DNA of 64,000 bases from an uncultured Bacilli bacterium (GCA_934085565.1 CAKOHG010000001.1:64706-128705), one strand, 5' to 3'. Shown: positions 19,212 through 30,002, counted from the first letter of the stretch. Program-made: numbers and translations. Notes: generated by a model from the letters alone, not told the origin.

Positions 19212-19724
19212 GTGAAGAAATTGGGAATCATTGAAACGTGTGAGTTTGATTCTATTATAAATGACATAAAAAATCACCCAGAGTTTTTAAAATTGAAAGA
19301 TGAATTTCATCATGGTATTAGTCGTTATGAGCATTCTTTAAGAGTTTCTAAAATGGTTTATCAAATGACTAAGAAATTAAATTTGGATTATGAAAGAGCT
19401 ACTCGTGCTGCTCTTTTACATGATTTTTTCTTTAATGAAGACGTTAAAGAGTACAATGCTAAGAAAACTTTACAAATACATCCTTTGTATGCCTGCCAAA
19501 ATGCGATGCTATATTTTGATATTGATGATATGCAACAAAATATGATTAGATCGCATATGTTTCCTGTTTTTTTAGAAAGACCTAAATATAAGGAAAGTAT
19601 TGTGTTAACGATTGCTGATAAAATAGTTGCCACGCATGAAATGTATCGTTACAAATTAGCTGCTACTTTAGGAATTTGGATGATTTTTATTTTTAATGTG
19701 ATATCTATTCAAAAATGGTCATAA
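19212..19724 (+). CDS. HD-domain phosphohydrolase (GTG start as given; start uncertain)
   Basis: H...LLHDFF HD motif; 170 aa. Confidence 0.6.
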   Translation: MKKLGIIETCEFDSIINDIKNHPEFLKLKDEFHHGISRYEHSLRVSKMVYQMTKKLNLDYERATRAALLHDFFFNEDVKEYNAKKTLQIHPLYACQNAMLYFDIDDMQQNMIRSHMFPVFLERPKYKESIVLTIADKIVATHEMYRYKLAATLGIWMIFIFNVISIQKWS

Positions 19725-19864
19725 AACTGCCAAATATGGTAGTTTTTTTGATGGATTTTACAAAATAAATAGCAATAAAAACCCTTTAAAATGCGAACTT
19801 ATAGGGGTTGCTTTCTTAAAAAAACTTATGTATAATAAGACACGTACGAAAGGAGTATTTTTAT

Positions 19865-21115
19865 ATGGCAAAAAATACAGAAAAAATAACAATTGAAATT
19901 AAAGGAGAAGCTTGGGAAAAAGCTTTAGATAAATCATTCAAGAAAAATGTTAAAAAAGCAAACATTGATGGTTTTAGAAAAGGAAATGTTCCAAAAGATA
20001 TTTATTTAAAAAATTATGGTATGGAATCTTTATTTGAAGATGCTTACCTTGCTGTAGTCGATGATGCATTTAAAGAAGCTCAAGATAAAGCAAAAGTAAA
20101 AGCAGAAATTCAACCAAGTGTTGATATCAAAAAAATTGACAAAGATGGCATTACTTTTGAATTTACATTCATTGGTAAACCAGAAGTTAAATTAGGTCAA
20201 TATAAAGATTTAAAAGTTAAAAAAGAAAAAGTAGCAGTTACAAAAGAAGAAGTAGACGCTAAGATCAATCAGTTACGTGAACAATTTGCTGATATTACCG
20301 TAAAAGAAGGTGGCGTTGTTGAAACTGGCGACACGGCTGTTATTGACTTTGTTGGTGAAGTTGATGGCAAACCTTTAGATGGTGGTAGTGGTGAAAATTA
20401 TCCTCTTGAAATCGGAACAAATACTTTTATTCCTGGTTTTGAAGACGGTGTTTTAGGTATGAAAGTTGATGAAACAAAAGACTTATACTTAAAATTCCCT
20501 GAAAATTACACTAAAGAATTAGCAGGTAAAGAAGTTGTTTTCCATGTTACTTTAAGAGAAATCAAATCTAGAATTTTACCAGACATTGATGAAAATTTCT
20601 TTGAAGATTTAGGTTATGACAAAGTAACAAACGCTGAAGAACTTGCTAAAGAAGTAGAAAATACAATTAAAGAAGAAAAAGAAAATGAAGAAAAAAATCG
20701 TTTCTTAGAAGAAGTTTTAAAACAAGTTTCTGAAAAAATGGAAGTGGATGTTCCAGAAGAAATTATTGATGACGAAGTTCATCGTATGATCCATCAATGG
20801 GAAGAACAATTGAAATCTCAAGGTTTAACTCTTGATCAATATATGGAATTTACTGGTACAACTCATGAAGACATGCATAAACAAATGGAACCAGAAGCTC
20901 TTCGTCGTGTTAAATACCGTTATATGTTAGAAGCTGTTAGTGAAGCTGAAAAAATTGAAGTCACTGACGAAGAAGTAGAAAAAGATATTGAAGAAATGGC
21001 TACTAACTATGGTATTTCTAAAGAAGAATTAGTGGATGCTTTTGGTGGAAAAGAAGTTTTAACTTACGATTCAAAAATGCGTAAAACATTAAAATTCTTA
21101 GAAGAAAATAATTAG
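19865..21115 (+). CDS. tig: trigger factor
   Basis: 416 aa; ribosome-binding N-domain GFRKG(K/N)VP, central FKBP PPIase region; followed by terminator 21114-21145. Confidence 0.93.
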   Translation: MAKNTEKITIEIKGEAWEKALDKSFKKNVKKANIDGFRKGNVPKDIYLKNYGMESLFEDAYLAVVDDAFKEAQDKAKVKAEIQPSVDIKKIDKDGITFEFTFIGKPEVKLGQYKDLKVKKEKVAVTKEEVDAKINQLREQFADITVKEGGVVETGDTAVIDFVGEVDGKPLDGGSGENYPLEIGTNTFIPGFEDGVLGMKVDETKDLYLKFPENYTKELAGKEVVFHVTLREIKSRILPDIDENFFEDLGYDKVTNAEELAKEVENTIKEEKENEEKNRFLEEVLKQVSEKMEVDVPEEIIDDEVHRMIHQWEEQLKSQGLTLDQYMEFTGTTHEDMHKQMEPEALRRVKYRYMLEAVSEAEKIEVTDEEVEKDIEEMATNYGISKEELVDAFGGKEVLTYDSKMRKTLKFLEENN

Positions 21116-21179
21116 AAGAGTGAAAAGCTCTTCTTTTCTTTTTTATCTTGTGATAAAATAACCTCTGGATGTGATATTT

Positions 21180-22208
21180 ATGAGTACAGAAGAATTTGAT
21201 TATTATTTACCAGAAGAGTTAATTGCTCAAACTCCTTTAAAGGATCGTTCTTCTTCAAGATTAATGACTTTAAATCGTGAAACGGGTGAAATTTCTAATA
21301 AACATTTCACCGATATTATTGATTATCTTCGTAAAGGAGATGTCTTAGTTATTAATGATACTAAAGTAATTCCCGCAAGATTAATTGGCGAAAAAGTGGA
21401 TACAAAAGCTACCATTGAATTATTACTTTTAAAAGATTTAGGTAATAATATATGGGAATGCTTATCAAGACCATTTAAAAGATTACACGTTGGAACAAAA
21501 GTGAATTTTGGCGGTCTTTTAGAAGCCACGGTTATTACCAAAAAAGAAGAGGGAATTGTCGAAGTTCAATTTTCTTATGAAGGTATCTTTCTAGAAATCT
21601 TAGATAAGTTAGGAGAAATGCCTTTACCACCTTATATCCATGAAAAACTCCAAGATAAAGATCGTTATCAAACGGTGTATGCCAAAAATCTTGGGAGTGC
21701 CGCTGCTCCTACGGCAGGATTACATTTTACAAAAGAACTTTTAGAAAAAATAAAGGAAAAAGGAATTATCATTACCAATGTTACTTTACATGTTGGCCTT
21801 GGAACTTTTAGACCCGTCGAAGTAGAGGACGTTACCAAACATCATATGCATAGTGAATATTATGAAATGAGTAAAGAAACGGCTGATATATTAAATCAAG
21901 CAAAAAAAGAAGGTAGAAGAATTATTGCTGTTGGTACTACTTCCACAAGAACTTTAGAAACCATCATGAGTCTTTATGGAAAGTTTAAAGAGTGTCATGG
22001 TAATACCGAAATCTTTATTTATCCAGGCTTTGAATTTAAAGCTATTGATTGTTTAATTACTAATTTCCATCTTCCTAAAAGTACTCTTGTTATGTTAGTT
22101 AGTGCTTTTTCTAAGAAAGAATATATTTTACATGCCTACGAAGAAGCTGTTAAAGACAAATATCGTTTCTTTTCTTTTGGAGACGCGATGTTCTTATATA
22201 AAGATTAA
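21180..22208 (+). CDS. queA: S-adenosylmethionine:tRNA ribosyltransferase-isomerase
   Basis: [14 protein letters not shown] N-terminus and PPYI motif; ORF track start 21171 (GTG) probably over-extended. Confidence 0.9.
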   Translation: MSTEEFDYYLPEELIAQTPLKDRSSSRLMTLNRETGEISNKHFTDIIDYLRKGDVLVINDTKVIPARLIGEKVDTKATIELLLLKDLGNNIWECLSRPFKRLHVGTKVNFGGLLEATVITKKEEGIVEVQFSYEGIFLEILDKLGEMPLPPYIHEKLQDKDRYQTVYAKNLGSAAAPTAGLHFTKELLEKIKEKGIIITNVTLHVGLGTFRPVEVEDVTKHHMHSEYYEMSKETADILNQAKKEGRRIIAVGTTSTRTLETIMSLYGKFKECHGNTEIFIYPGFEFKAIDCLITNFHLPKSTLVMLVSAFSKKEYILHAYEEAVKDKYRFFSFGDAMFLYKD

Positions 22209-22354
22209 CTTATAATGTAATAATTCATATAATTAAAGCAAAAATAATGTCAAAATTTAGGAAATTTGCAATATAGTATCTAAAATTCTTGTCAGGTATA
22301 TAAAAAAGTGCTAGTATTAATTCATAAATCAATTATCAAAAGACACGACAAAGA

Positions 22355-22527
22355 AATGTTTTTTTAAAGAGAGTCTAGGCTGGTGGAAACTAGATAAAAA
22401 AGTTCTTTCGTTACTACTTTTGTATGAGACCTAATAAGGTACGGGTAATTCCGTTAAAGATAATTAAGTGAAAAAAAGGATGGTACCGTCAAACAGACTC
22501 CTAACAATAGGTACCATCTTTTTTTTA
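22355..22527 (+). promoter_or_regulatory. T-box riboswitch leader (candidate Thr specifier ACC in GAGACCUAA)
   Basis: T-box core AAAGGATGGTACCG; terminator 3' strand GGTACCATC exactly complementary to the T-box, followed by TTTTTTTT; Stem I AGAGAG element at about 22367. Confidence 0.65.
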
Positions 22528-22541
22528 GAAAAGGAATTCGT

Positions 22542-23027
22542 ATGGGGAAAAAAGATTATGGATATGTAGTATCAGTGTATCGATTTATGCAATATTGTGG
22601 ATTAGAATGTCCTAAAAGGCCAAATATTTTAGTTTCACACGCTATTATGCTTGGCAAACTTAGGGTACGTCATGAAAAAATGCCTGATAAGGTTATTATG
22701 CCAACAAGAACTACGAGAGAAAGTGTGAAAAAAGAGGATATTAAAACCGGTAGAGTTGTTCTAGTTGAAGATGATTATGGTAACAAGTTACCGTATCGTG
22801 TGCCTAATCAAGTTTTATCTTTAGAAAAAGTTTCTCAAGAAGAATTAGCTAAAAGAAGAGAAAAAATTTTAGCCGAAGCTCCTTTAGAAGATGAAAAGCC
22901 TTCTTTAGGTGAGCAAAGATATTTAGAACGTAAGAAAAGAAAACTTGAGTTCGAAAAACGAAAGAATGCTTTACGAGAAGAAAAAGAAAACTTAGAAAAA
23001 TATCCGAGATTAAAAAAGAGAAAGTGA
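22542..23027 (+). CDS. hypothetical basic protein (161 aa) with K/R/E-rich C-terminal tail, encoded between the T-box leader and thrS
   Basis: ORF with AAGGA RBS immediately after the T-box terminator; no recognisable family. Confidence 0.6.
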   Translation: MGKKDYGYVVSVYRFMQYCGLECPKRPNILVSHAIMLGKLRVRHEKMPDKVIMPTRTTRESVKKEDIKTGRVVLVEDDYGNKLPYRVPNQVLSLEKVSQEELAKRREKILAEAPLEDEKPSLGEQRYLERKKRKLEFEKRKNALREEKENLEKYPRLKKRK

Positions 23028-23037
23028 GTGTTAAAAA

Positions 23038-24789
23038 ATGAAAAATATTAAAGAAGATGAATATTTAAGTAAAATTAATCATAGCTGTGCTCACGTTTTA
23101 GCACAAGCTGTCAAACATTTATATCCAAATGCTAAGTTTTGGGTAGGACCTGTTATTGAAGAAGGTTTTTATTATGATATGGATTTAGGTGACGTGACTT
23201 TAACAGAAGATGATTTAGATAAAATTGCTAAAGAAATGAAAAAAATCATTAAAGATGGAAAAAGAATTGTTCGTCATGAAATCTCTAAAGAAGAAGCTTT
23301 AGAAATGTTTAAAGATGATCCTTATAAAATAGATTTAATTGAAAATATGCCTGAGGGAGAAATTATTTCTTGTTATTCTCAAGGAGATTTTACAGATCTT
23401 TGTCGTGGACCTCATGCTGATACCGTAAAAGAATGTAAGTATTTTAAATTATTAAAATTTTCAGGTGCTTACTATAAAGGTGATGCGAAAAATAAAATGT
23501 TACAAAGAATCTATGGGGTATGTTTTGCTAATGAGGAAGATTTAAATGAACATTTAGCAATGCTTGAAGAAGCTAAACAACGTGATCATCGTAAATTAGG
23601 TAAAGATTTAGGCATTTTCATGTTTTCTGATTTAGTCGGCAAAGGATTACCTATGTGGTTACCTAATGGTTTTATCGTTCGTCGTAGTCTTGTTGATTAT
23701 ATTACGGATAAAGAGCTTTCTCATGGTTATAAACATGTTATGACACCATCACTTGGTAGCGTAGAGCTTTATAAAACAAGTGGCCATTGGGATCATTATA
23801 AAGAAGATATGTTTCCTGCTATGGAACTTGATAATGAATCTTATGTTCTAAGACCTATGAATTGTCCTCATCATATGATGATGTTTAAAAATTCTCTTCA
23901 TTCTTATCGTGATCTTCCACTTCGTATTGCTGAAATTGCTAATGACTTTAGATATGAAGCGAGTGGAGCAGTATGTGGTATTGAAAGAACCAGAGCTTTT
24001 ACCCAAAATGATTCCCATATTTTCTGTACCAAAGATCAAATAAAAACAGAATTTAAAGCTGTTATTGATTTAATTTTAGATGTCTATAAAGATTTCGGTT
24101 TTAAAGACTATCGTTTTCGTTTATCTTTAAGAGATAAAAATGACACTGAGAAATATTTTGGTAATGATGAATTATGGGCAAAAAGTGAACAAGAACTTAG
24201 AGAAGTATTAGAAGAAATTCATGCAGATTATTATGAAGCTGAAGGAGAAGCAGCCTTTTATGGCCCTAAGTTAGATGTTCAAGTTAAAAGTGCTATTGGC
24301 CATGATGTTACTTTATCAACCGTCCAACTTGATTATCAATTACCAGAAAGATTTGATTTAACTTACATTGATGAAAATGGTGAAAAACAAAGACCAGTTG
24401 TTATTCATAGAGCTATCCTAGGTTCCCTAGATCGTTTTATTGCCTTCTTACTTGAAGAAACGAAAGGCGTTTTACCATTATGGCTTGCCCCAGTTATGAT
24501 TAATGTTATTCCAGTTAATATTGATTATCATTTAGATTACGCGAAAAAAATTGAAAGTCTTTTATTAAAAGATCATATTCGTGTGGAAGTAGATAGTAGA
24601 AACGAAAAATTAGGTTATAAAATGCGTGAATCTGTTATGAAAAAAATACCTGTTACTTTAATTTTAGGCCAAAAAGAAGTGGATGAAAATCTTATTAGTT
24701 ATCGTGAATATGGTAGTGAAGAAACGCATACTTTAAGTTATGAAGAATTCGTTTCTTATTTAAAAAATAGAATAGAAAATAAAAAATAA
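23038..24789 (+). CDS. thrS: threonine--tRNA ligase, lacking the N-terminal TGS (N1) domain
   Basis: starts in the N2 editing domain (HSCAHVLAQAV HxxxH motif); class II catalytic motifs and C-terminal anticodon-binding domain; 583 aa versus about 640 for full-length Bacillus ThrRS. Confidence 0.93.
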   Translation: MKNIKEDEYLSKINHSCAHVLAQAVKHLYPNAKFWVGPVIEEGFYYDMDLGDVTLTEDDLDKIAKEMKKIIKDGKRIVRHEISKEEALEMFKDDPYKIDLIENMPEGEIISCYSQGDFTDLCRGPHADTVKECKYFKLLKFSGAYYKGDAKNKMLQRIYGVCFANEEDLNEHLAMLEEAKQRDHRKLGKDLGIFMFSDLVGKGLPMWLPNGFIVRRSLVDYITDKELSHGYKHVMTPSLGSVELYKTSGHWDHYKEDMFPAMELDNESYVLRPMNCPHHMMMFKNSLHSYRDLPLRIAEIANDFRYEASGAVCGIERTRAFTQNDSHIFCTKDQIKTEFKAVIDLILDVYKDFGFKDYRFRLSLRDKNDTEKYFGNDELWAKSEQELREVLEEIHADYYEAEGEAAFYGPKLDVQVKSAIGHDVTLSTVQLDYQLPERFDLTYIDENGEKQRPVVIHRAILGSLDRFIAFLLEETKGVLPLWLAPVMINVIPVNIDYHLDYAKKIESLLLKDHIRVEVDSRNEKLGYKMRESVMKKIPVTLILGQKEVDENLISYREYGSEETHTLSYEEFVSYLKNRIENKK

Positions 24790-24842
24790 TTTTTTGCATT
24801 ATTTAATTTAATAAATTCATATAAAAGGAGATGGGATAAAAG

Positions 24843-25325
24843 ATGAATATTGGTCAAGCTGCCTTAATTTTTATAGATGAAAATAAAATGGAGTTATTAC
24901 CTAAAAAGGAAGGCTTAACTCTTCATATTCAGTATGTTTTGGATCGTTCTAAAAAGGATAAATCGTTGCGAAAGATTGTGAATCAATTTGATGTCAAAAA
25001 AATTTTAGAAGAACCATCACTCATACAAAAAACTATCATTAAAGCTTTAGTAGAGAAGGGCTGTATTGTTTTTTGTAATATGTGTCCTCAAATCTTAGAA
25101 GAAACTAATCTCTTTATAGGATATGGACCACATGAAATTTCTGACTTTCAAAGAAGAAATTTAGAAGAATTAAAGAAACAGAAAATAGATGTTTATGAAA
25201 TGGGTATGCTGAATTCTTTAGAAGAATTTGAAGCAGTTTGTGATAATCTTTCTGCAAATTTAGGTGGAAATGTATGGATTGATTCTTATTTACAAAATGT
25301 TTCAGAAGTTCCATCTCGAAAATAA
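24843..25325 (+). CDS. hypothetical protein (160 aa)
   Basis: ORF with GGAG RBS; no family recognised. Confidence 0.5.
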   Translation: MNIGQAALIFIDENKMELLPKKEGLTLHIQYVLDRSKKDKSLRKIVNQFDVKKILEEPSLIQKTIIKALVEKGCIVFCNMCPQILEETNLFIGYGPHEISDFQRRNLEELKKQKIDVYEMGMLNSLEEFEAVCDNLSANLGGNVWIDSYLQNVSEVPSRK

Positions 25326-25348
25326 TTTTAATAAAGGAATGATTTTAT

Positions 25349-25861
25349 ATGGATTATTGCTTGCAAGAAAATGGGTTATTAAAACCTTTTGAAAATGAAA
25401 ATACTATTTTTAAAAATCCAAATGATATTCGCAATTTTGCAATAACATGCATATTTACAGATGATCAAGATAGAATTTTACGAAGTAAAAATATTCGCCA
25501 TCATTATTATGCTTTAAGAACTTTATTTGAACAAACCAAAAAGATAAGAGAATATATTTTATCTGCTGACATGATAGATCAGTGTTATTGTGAAGCAAGT
25601 GAATCTTTTTGCCAACATGGCGGGGGTTTACTGAGTACAAATGCTCCAGATTCGTATAAAAGAATATTTAATAATTATTTGTATTTACCGGATAAATTAA
25701 ATGAATATCAAAAGAATGTCTTACAAGAACAATATGAATTTTTATGCCAAGAAGATAAGGTATCAATTTTTAAATATGATCTTGATAGGAGAACATTTAA
25801 AGAATTAAATTCGGATCCCAAAATTTATCAAGAAATATTAAAAAAAGAGCTTTTTAAATAA
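25349..25861 (+). CDS. hypothetical protein (170 aa)
   Basis: ORF; no family recognised. Confidence 0.5.
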   Translation: MDYCLQENGLLKPFENENTIFKNPNDIRNFAITCIFTDDQDRILRSKNIRHHYYALRTLFEQTKKIREYILSADMIDQCYCEASESFCQHGGGLLSTNAPDSYKRIFNNYLYLPDKLNEYQKNVLQEQYEFLCQEDKVSIFKYDLDRRTFKELNSDPKIYQEILKKELFK

Positions 25862-25884
25862 AAACATGTTATAATAAATTATGA

Positions 25885-26081
25885 AAGCAGAAGAAAGATT
25901 AGTAATAAAAGTTATTTGTTAAAGAAAGACTGTGGTTGATGTGAACAGTTCAAAAGCTTTTAGGAATCTCCTTTCTTAGTGGAGTTAATCTCTCCCGGCT
26001 TTAAGCCGTTATCTTAAATTAAGTAAATTAAAGGATGGCACCGTCATTATGACTCCTTTTTAAAGGGCCATTCTTTTTTTA
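25885..26081 (+). promoter_or_regulatory. T-box riboswitch leader upstream of the HD-gene/serS operon
   Basis: T-box core AAAGGATGGCACCG; imperfect terminator helix AAAGGATGGCACC / GGGCCATTCTTT plus TTTTTTT; several Ser codons (UCU/UCC) in the candidate specifier region. Confidence 0.55.
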
Positions 26082-26096
26082 TTAGGAGGAAATAAT

Positions 26097-26576
26097 ATGT
26101 TTCAAGAAGAAGAGTATCTTTTATACAAACAAATGCCTATTTATGAGAGATCTTTAATTTTAGTTAAAGTATTATTTAAAAATAAAAAAGATAAAGGTGG
26201 GCATTTTTACATAAATCATTTAAGACATGTCAGTAGAGATTTAAAAGGAGAAAAGTTAAAGGCTATGGGGCTTATGCATGATGTGTTAGAAGATACTGAT
26301 ATGACACCCGAAGAAATGAAAAAATTAGGATATAATGATGAATTTATTACGGTTGTAAAACTCCTTACAAACACTTATCCTTCTTATGATGAATACATAG
26401 ATAATCTCATAAAAAGTAATAATAAAGATGCTTTTGCAATTAAACTAAAAGATTTACTTGATAACATGGATTTAACCAGACTTCAAATGGTAAGTGAAAA
26501 GGATATCAATCGATCGAAAAGGTATATAATTGCTTACTTAAAAATAATTAATAAAATGGAAGGTGAAATAATATGA
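26097..26576 (+). CDS. small HD-domain protein (RelA/SpoT-type HD hydrolase fold)
   Basis: HLRHV...HDVLEDTD HD motif; 159 aa; ATGA overlap with serS. Confidence 0.6.
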   Translation: MFQEEEYLLYKQMPIYERSLILVKVLFKNKKDKGGHFYINHLRHVSRDLKGEKLKAMGLMHDVLEDTDMTPEEMKKLGYNDEFITVVKLLTNTYPSYDEYIDNLIKSNNKDAFAIKLKDLLDNMDLTRLQMVSEKDINRSKRYIIAYLKIINKMEGEII

Positions 26577-27856
26577 TAGATATAAAATTAATAAGAGAAA
26601 ATCGTGATTTAGTAAAAGAAAATATAAAGAAAAAATTTCAAGATGAAAAATTAGGCCTTGTGGATGAAGTTTATGATTTAGATGTTACCATGAGAGAAAC
26701 TCAAACCAAAAAAGATGCTTTAAAAGCTAAGAAAAACAAACTTAGTGGTGAAATAGGGCTTCTTATGAAAGATAAAAAAGTTGAGGAAGCTAATAAAATA
26801 AAAGAAGAAATTAATCAAATGAGTGAAGAAATCGAGGAACTAGAAACTCGTCAAACTACTTGTGAAGCAGAAATCAAAAAAAGAATGATGGTGATTCCTC
26901 AAATAATGGATCCATCTGTTCCAATTGGTAAAGATGATTCTGAGAATGTTGAAGTTCAAAGATTTGGAGATCCAGCGGTACCAAGTTATGAGATTCCTTA
27001 TCATGCTGATATTATTGAATCTTTTGGGGGCATGGATAAAGAAGCTGCAGGACGTACAAGTGGCCAAGGCTTTTATTATTTAATTGGCGATATTGCTAGA
27101 CTTCATGAAGCTATGCTTGCCTATGCCAGAGATTTTATGATTAAGGCCGGATTTACATATGCTATTCCTCCTTTTATGATTCATAGTGATGTCGTAACAG
27201 GTGTTATGTCTTTTCCAGAAATGGAAGCTATGATGTATAAAATTGAAGGTGAAGATTTATATTTAATTGGTACCAGTGAACATAGTATGATTGGCAAATT
27301 TAAAGACCAAATTATTAAAGAAAGTGAACTTCCTATTAGTATGACAAGTTATTCTCCTTGCTTTAGAAAAGAAGGCGGATCACATGGTTTAGAGGAAAGA
27401 GGCTTATACCGTGTTCACCAATTTGAAAAACAAGAAATGATTGTTATTTGTGAACCAGAAGAAGCTATGGATTGGTACAACAAGATGTGGCGTCTTACGG
27501 TTGAATTCTTTAGAAGCTTAGATGTTCCTGTTAGACAATTAGAATGTTGTTCTGGAGATTTAGCTGATTTAAAAGTAAAATCTTGTGATATCGAAGCATG
27601 GAGTCCAAGACAACAAAAATATTTTGAAGTAGGAAGTTGCTCTAATTTAGGAGATGCTCAAGCAAGACGTCTTGGTATTCGTAAAAAAGGTGAGAAAGGA
27701 ACTTATTATTTAAATACTCTTAACAATACAGTTGTCGCAACTCCAAGAGGACTAATTGCTGTTATCGAAAATAATTATCAAGAAGATGGCTCTGTTAAAA
27801 TTCCAAAAGTATTACAACCATACATGGGTGGTTTAGAAGTTATTAAAAGAAAATAG
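26573..27856 (+). CDS. serS: serine--tRNA ligase
   Basis: N-terminal coiled-coil tRNA-binding arm; class II motifs (FRKEG, GSCS..GDAQARR). Confidence 0.93.
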   Translation: MIDIKLIRENRDLVKENIKKKFQDEKLGLVDEVYDLDVTMRETQTKKDALKAKKNKLSGEIGLLMKDKKVEEANKIKEEINQMSEEIEELETRQTTCEAEIKKRMMVIPQIMDPSVPIGKDDSENVEVQRFGDPAVPSYEIPYHADIIESFGGMDKEAAGRTSGQGFYYLIGDIARLHEAMLAYARDFMIKAGFTYAIPPFMIHSDVVTGVMSFPEMEAMMYKIEGEDLYLIGTSEHSMIGKFKDQIIKESELPISMTSYSPCFRKEGGSHGLEERGLYRVHQFEKQEMIVICEPEEAMDWYNKMWRLTVEFFRSLDVPVRQLECCSGDLADLKVKSCDIEAWSPRQQKYFEVGSCSNLGDAQARRLGIRKKGEKGTYYLNTLNNTVVATPRGLIAVIENNYQEDGSVKIPKVLQPYMGGLEVIKRK

Positions 27857-27967
27857 AAAATTGAAGACTTAATTAATGGTCTTCTTTTTTTCTAAAAAAA
27901 GTTCTTGTATTTACTGTATTTTAATTTTTTGTTATACTAATAATAGAGAATAAAAGGAGAGAACAAA

Positions 27968-29947
27968 ATGAATCAAAGTGATATTAAGGCCTTAAATGAA
28001 TTAAAGATGTTAAGTATTGATATGATAAATAATGCAAAGGGGGGACATCCTGGAACCGTTTTATCTATGGCACCTGTAATGTACACTCTTTTTACGCGTA
28101 TTTTAAGAGTAGATAGTAAAAATAATAATTATTTTAATCGTGATAGAGTTATTCTTTCTTCTAGTGGACTTACTCCTTTATATTATGCCATGTGTTATAT
28201 GGCGGGTTATCCTATTAAAAAAGAAGATCTTATGAACTATCGTCGTTTAAACGGACTTCCTGCTACCCCAGAACTTCATAATCCTTTGTTTATGGAAGCA
28301 ACTACAGGAAATGCAGGAGATGGAGTAGGCATAAGTACTGGAATTGCTTTAGGAAGAAGATATATTGAATCTTTAATCAAAGAAGAAGATAATAAAATTA
28401 ATTTATATGATTTTACCACTTATTGTTTTTTAAGTGACGCAGATATGATGAGTGGAGCAAGTCTTGAAGCTTTTTCTTTTGCTGGTAGTCAAAAATTAGG
28501 CCATCTTGTCTTTTTATACGACAATAATAGAATTGGTATGGAAGGTAGTTTAGAAACTGTTTTTGATGAAAATTTAGCTAAATCATTTGAAGCTAAAGGA
28601 TTTTATGTCGACACTTTAAAAAGTGATGTCACTATAAAAGATATTGAAAAAGCCATTGTAAATGCTCGTTCTCTTAATAAACCTGCTTTACTCATTTTTA
28701 ATACTGTAATTGGTAAAGATTCTTTTAACGAAGGCAAAAATATTTTGCATTCAGGCGTTCTTTCTTTTGACGATGCAAACAACTTAAGAAGAAAATATAA
28801 CTTATTCTTACCACCTTTTGAAGTATCCAAAGATTCTTTGATTTTTATTGAATCCCAAATGACAACTCGTATGCAAAAAATAAAAGAAAAGTGGAATGAA
28901 AGTTATGCTCGAGCTAAAAATATTAATAATGAAAATTTAAATAATATTTTATTTTTACTAGAAAATGGTACCACGGATATTTCTTTTGCAAGTGAAAATT
29001 ATAAAATCAATGATGCCTATCGTGAGGCTTTAATTGAAACTAATAATAAAGTTATGAATTTAATTAGTCCTAAGAGTAATTTGTTTTTAGGAGGAAGTGC
29101 TGGCTTAAGTCTTTATTGCCGTACCAATTTAAATGGTTTTCAATATATGAATGAAAATAGTCCTAAAGCTAAAAATATTCGCTTTGGGGTCAGAGAAAGA
29201 GCTATGGGTTATATTGTGAATGGTATGGCTTTACTAGGCTTACGCGTGTTTTCTTCTACTTTACTTAGCTATGCTGATGAAATGAAATCTTCTATTAGAC
29301 AAGGCGCTATTATGAGTCTTCCTGTAACGTACATATTTACTCATGATTCTTTATATAATAGCGAAGAAAGTAGTCTAAATATTCCGGTAGAACAGTTAGA
29401 TATGTTAAGGTCTATTCCTAATTTATATGTCTTTAGACCTAGTGATATTGAAGAAGTTATGGGGTCTTGGGAAACTATTTTGAAAATTAAAAAGCCATGT
29501 GCTTTAATTATTACTAAAAATGATAGTCCTAAATTACCTAATTCTAGTGCTAAAAAGGTAATCGGCGGAGCTTATATTATCAAAAGCGAAAAAGCAAGAT
29601 TAGACGGGATTATTATTTCTAGTGGTAGTGAACTTATCAGTGCTATGCAAATTGCTTATGATTTAGAAATGAAAGGCTTAGATATCCGTGTTGTTTCTAT
29701 GCCATCATTAGAACTTTTTAAACTTCAAGACAAAACATACAAAGAAAGTATTATACCCCCTCATGTTAAAACGGTAGTCATAGAATCATCTTTAGGTTTA
29801 TCTTTAAAAGAATACGCGACAAACGAAGATTATCTTTTAAATATCGCGGATTATCCAAACAATGGTCTTCCTATTGAAGTTTTACAACAAATGAGTTTTG
29901 ATTATGATAGTTTAAAATTAAAAGTAGAAGCTTTGCTTTCTAAGTAG
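27968..29947 (+). CDS. tkt: transketolase
   Basis: GHPGTVLSMAPVMY ThDP-binding N-terminus; 659 aa. Confidence 0.9.
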   Translation: MNQSDIKALNELKMLSIDMINNAKGGHPGTVLSMAPVMYTLFTRILRVDSKNNNYFNRDRVILSSSGLTPLYYAMCYMAGYPIKKEDLMNYRRLNGLPATPELHNPLFMEATTGNAGDGVGISTGIALGRRYIESLIKEEDNKINLYDFTTYCFLSDADMMSGASLEAFSFAGSQKLGHLVFLYDNNRIGMEGSLETVFDENLAKSFEAKGFYVDTLKSDVTIKDIEKAIVNARSLNKPALLIFNTVIGKDSFNEGKNILHSGVLSFDDANNLRRKYNLFLPPFEVSKDSLIFIESQMTTRMQKIKEKWNESYARAKNINNENLNNILFLLENGTTDISFASENYKINDAYREALIETNNKVMNLISPKSNLFLGGSAGLSLYCRTNLNGFQYMNENSPKAKNIRFGVRERAMGYIVNGMALLGLRVFSSTLLSYADEMKSSIRQGAIMSLPVTYIFTHDSLYNSEESSLNIPVEQLDMLRSIPNLYVFRPSDIEEVMGSWETILKIKKPCALIITKNDSPKLPNSSAKKVIGGAYIIKSEKARLDGIIISSGSELISAMQIAYDLEMKGLDIRVVSMPSLELFKLQDKTYKESIIPPHVKTVVIESSLGLSLKEYATNEDYLLNIADYPNNGLPIEVLQQMSFDYDSLKLKVEALLSK

Positions 29948-30002
29948 TTAATTCGACAAAATGTTTTCAACTTTTTTGCTATTCTAAAGAGGGTGAAAGA
30001 GT

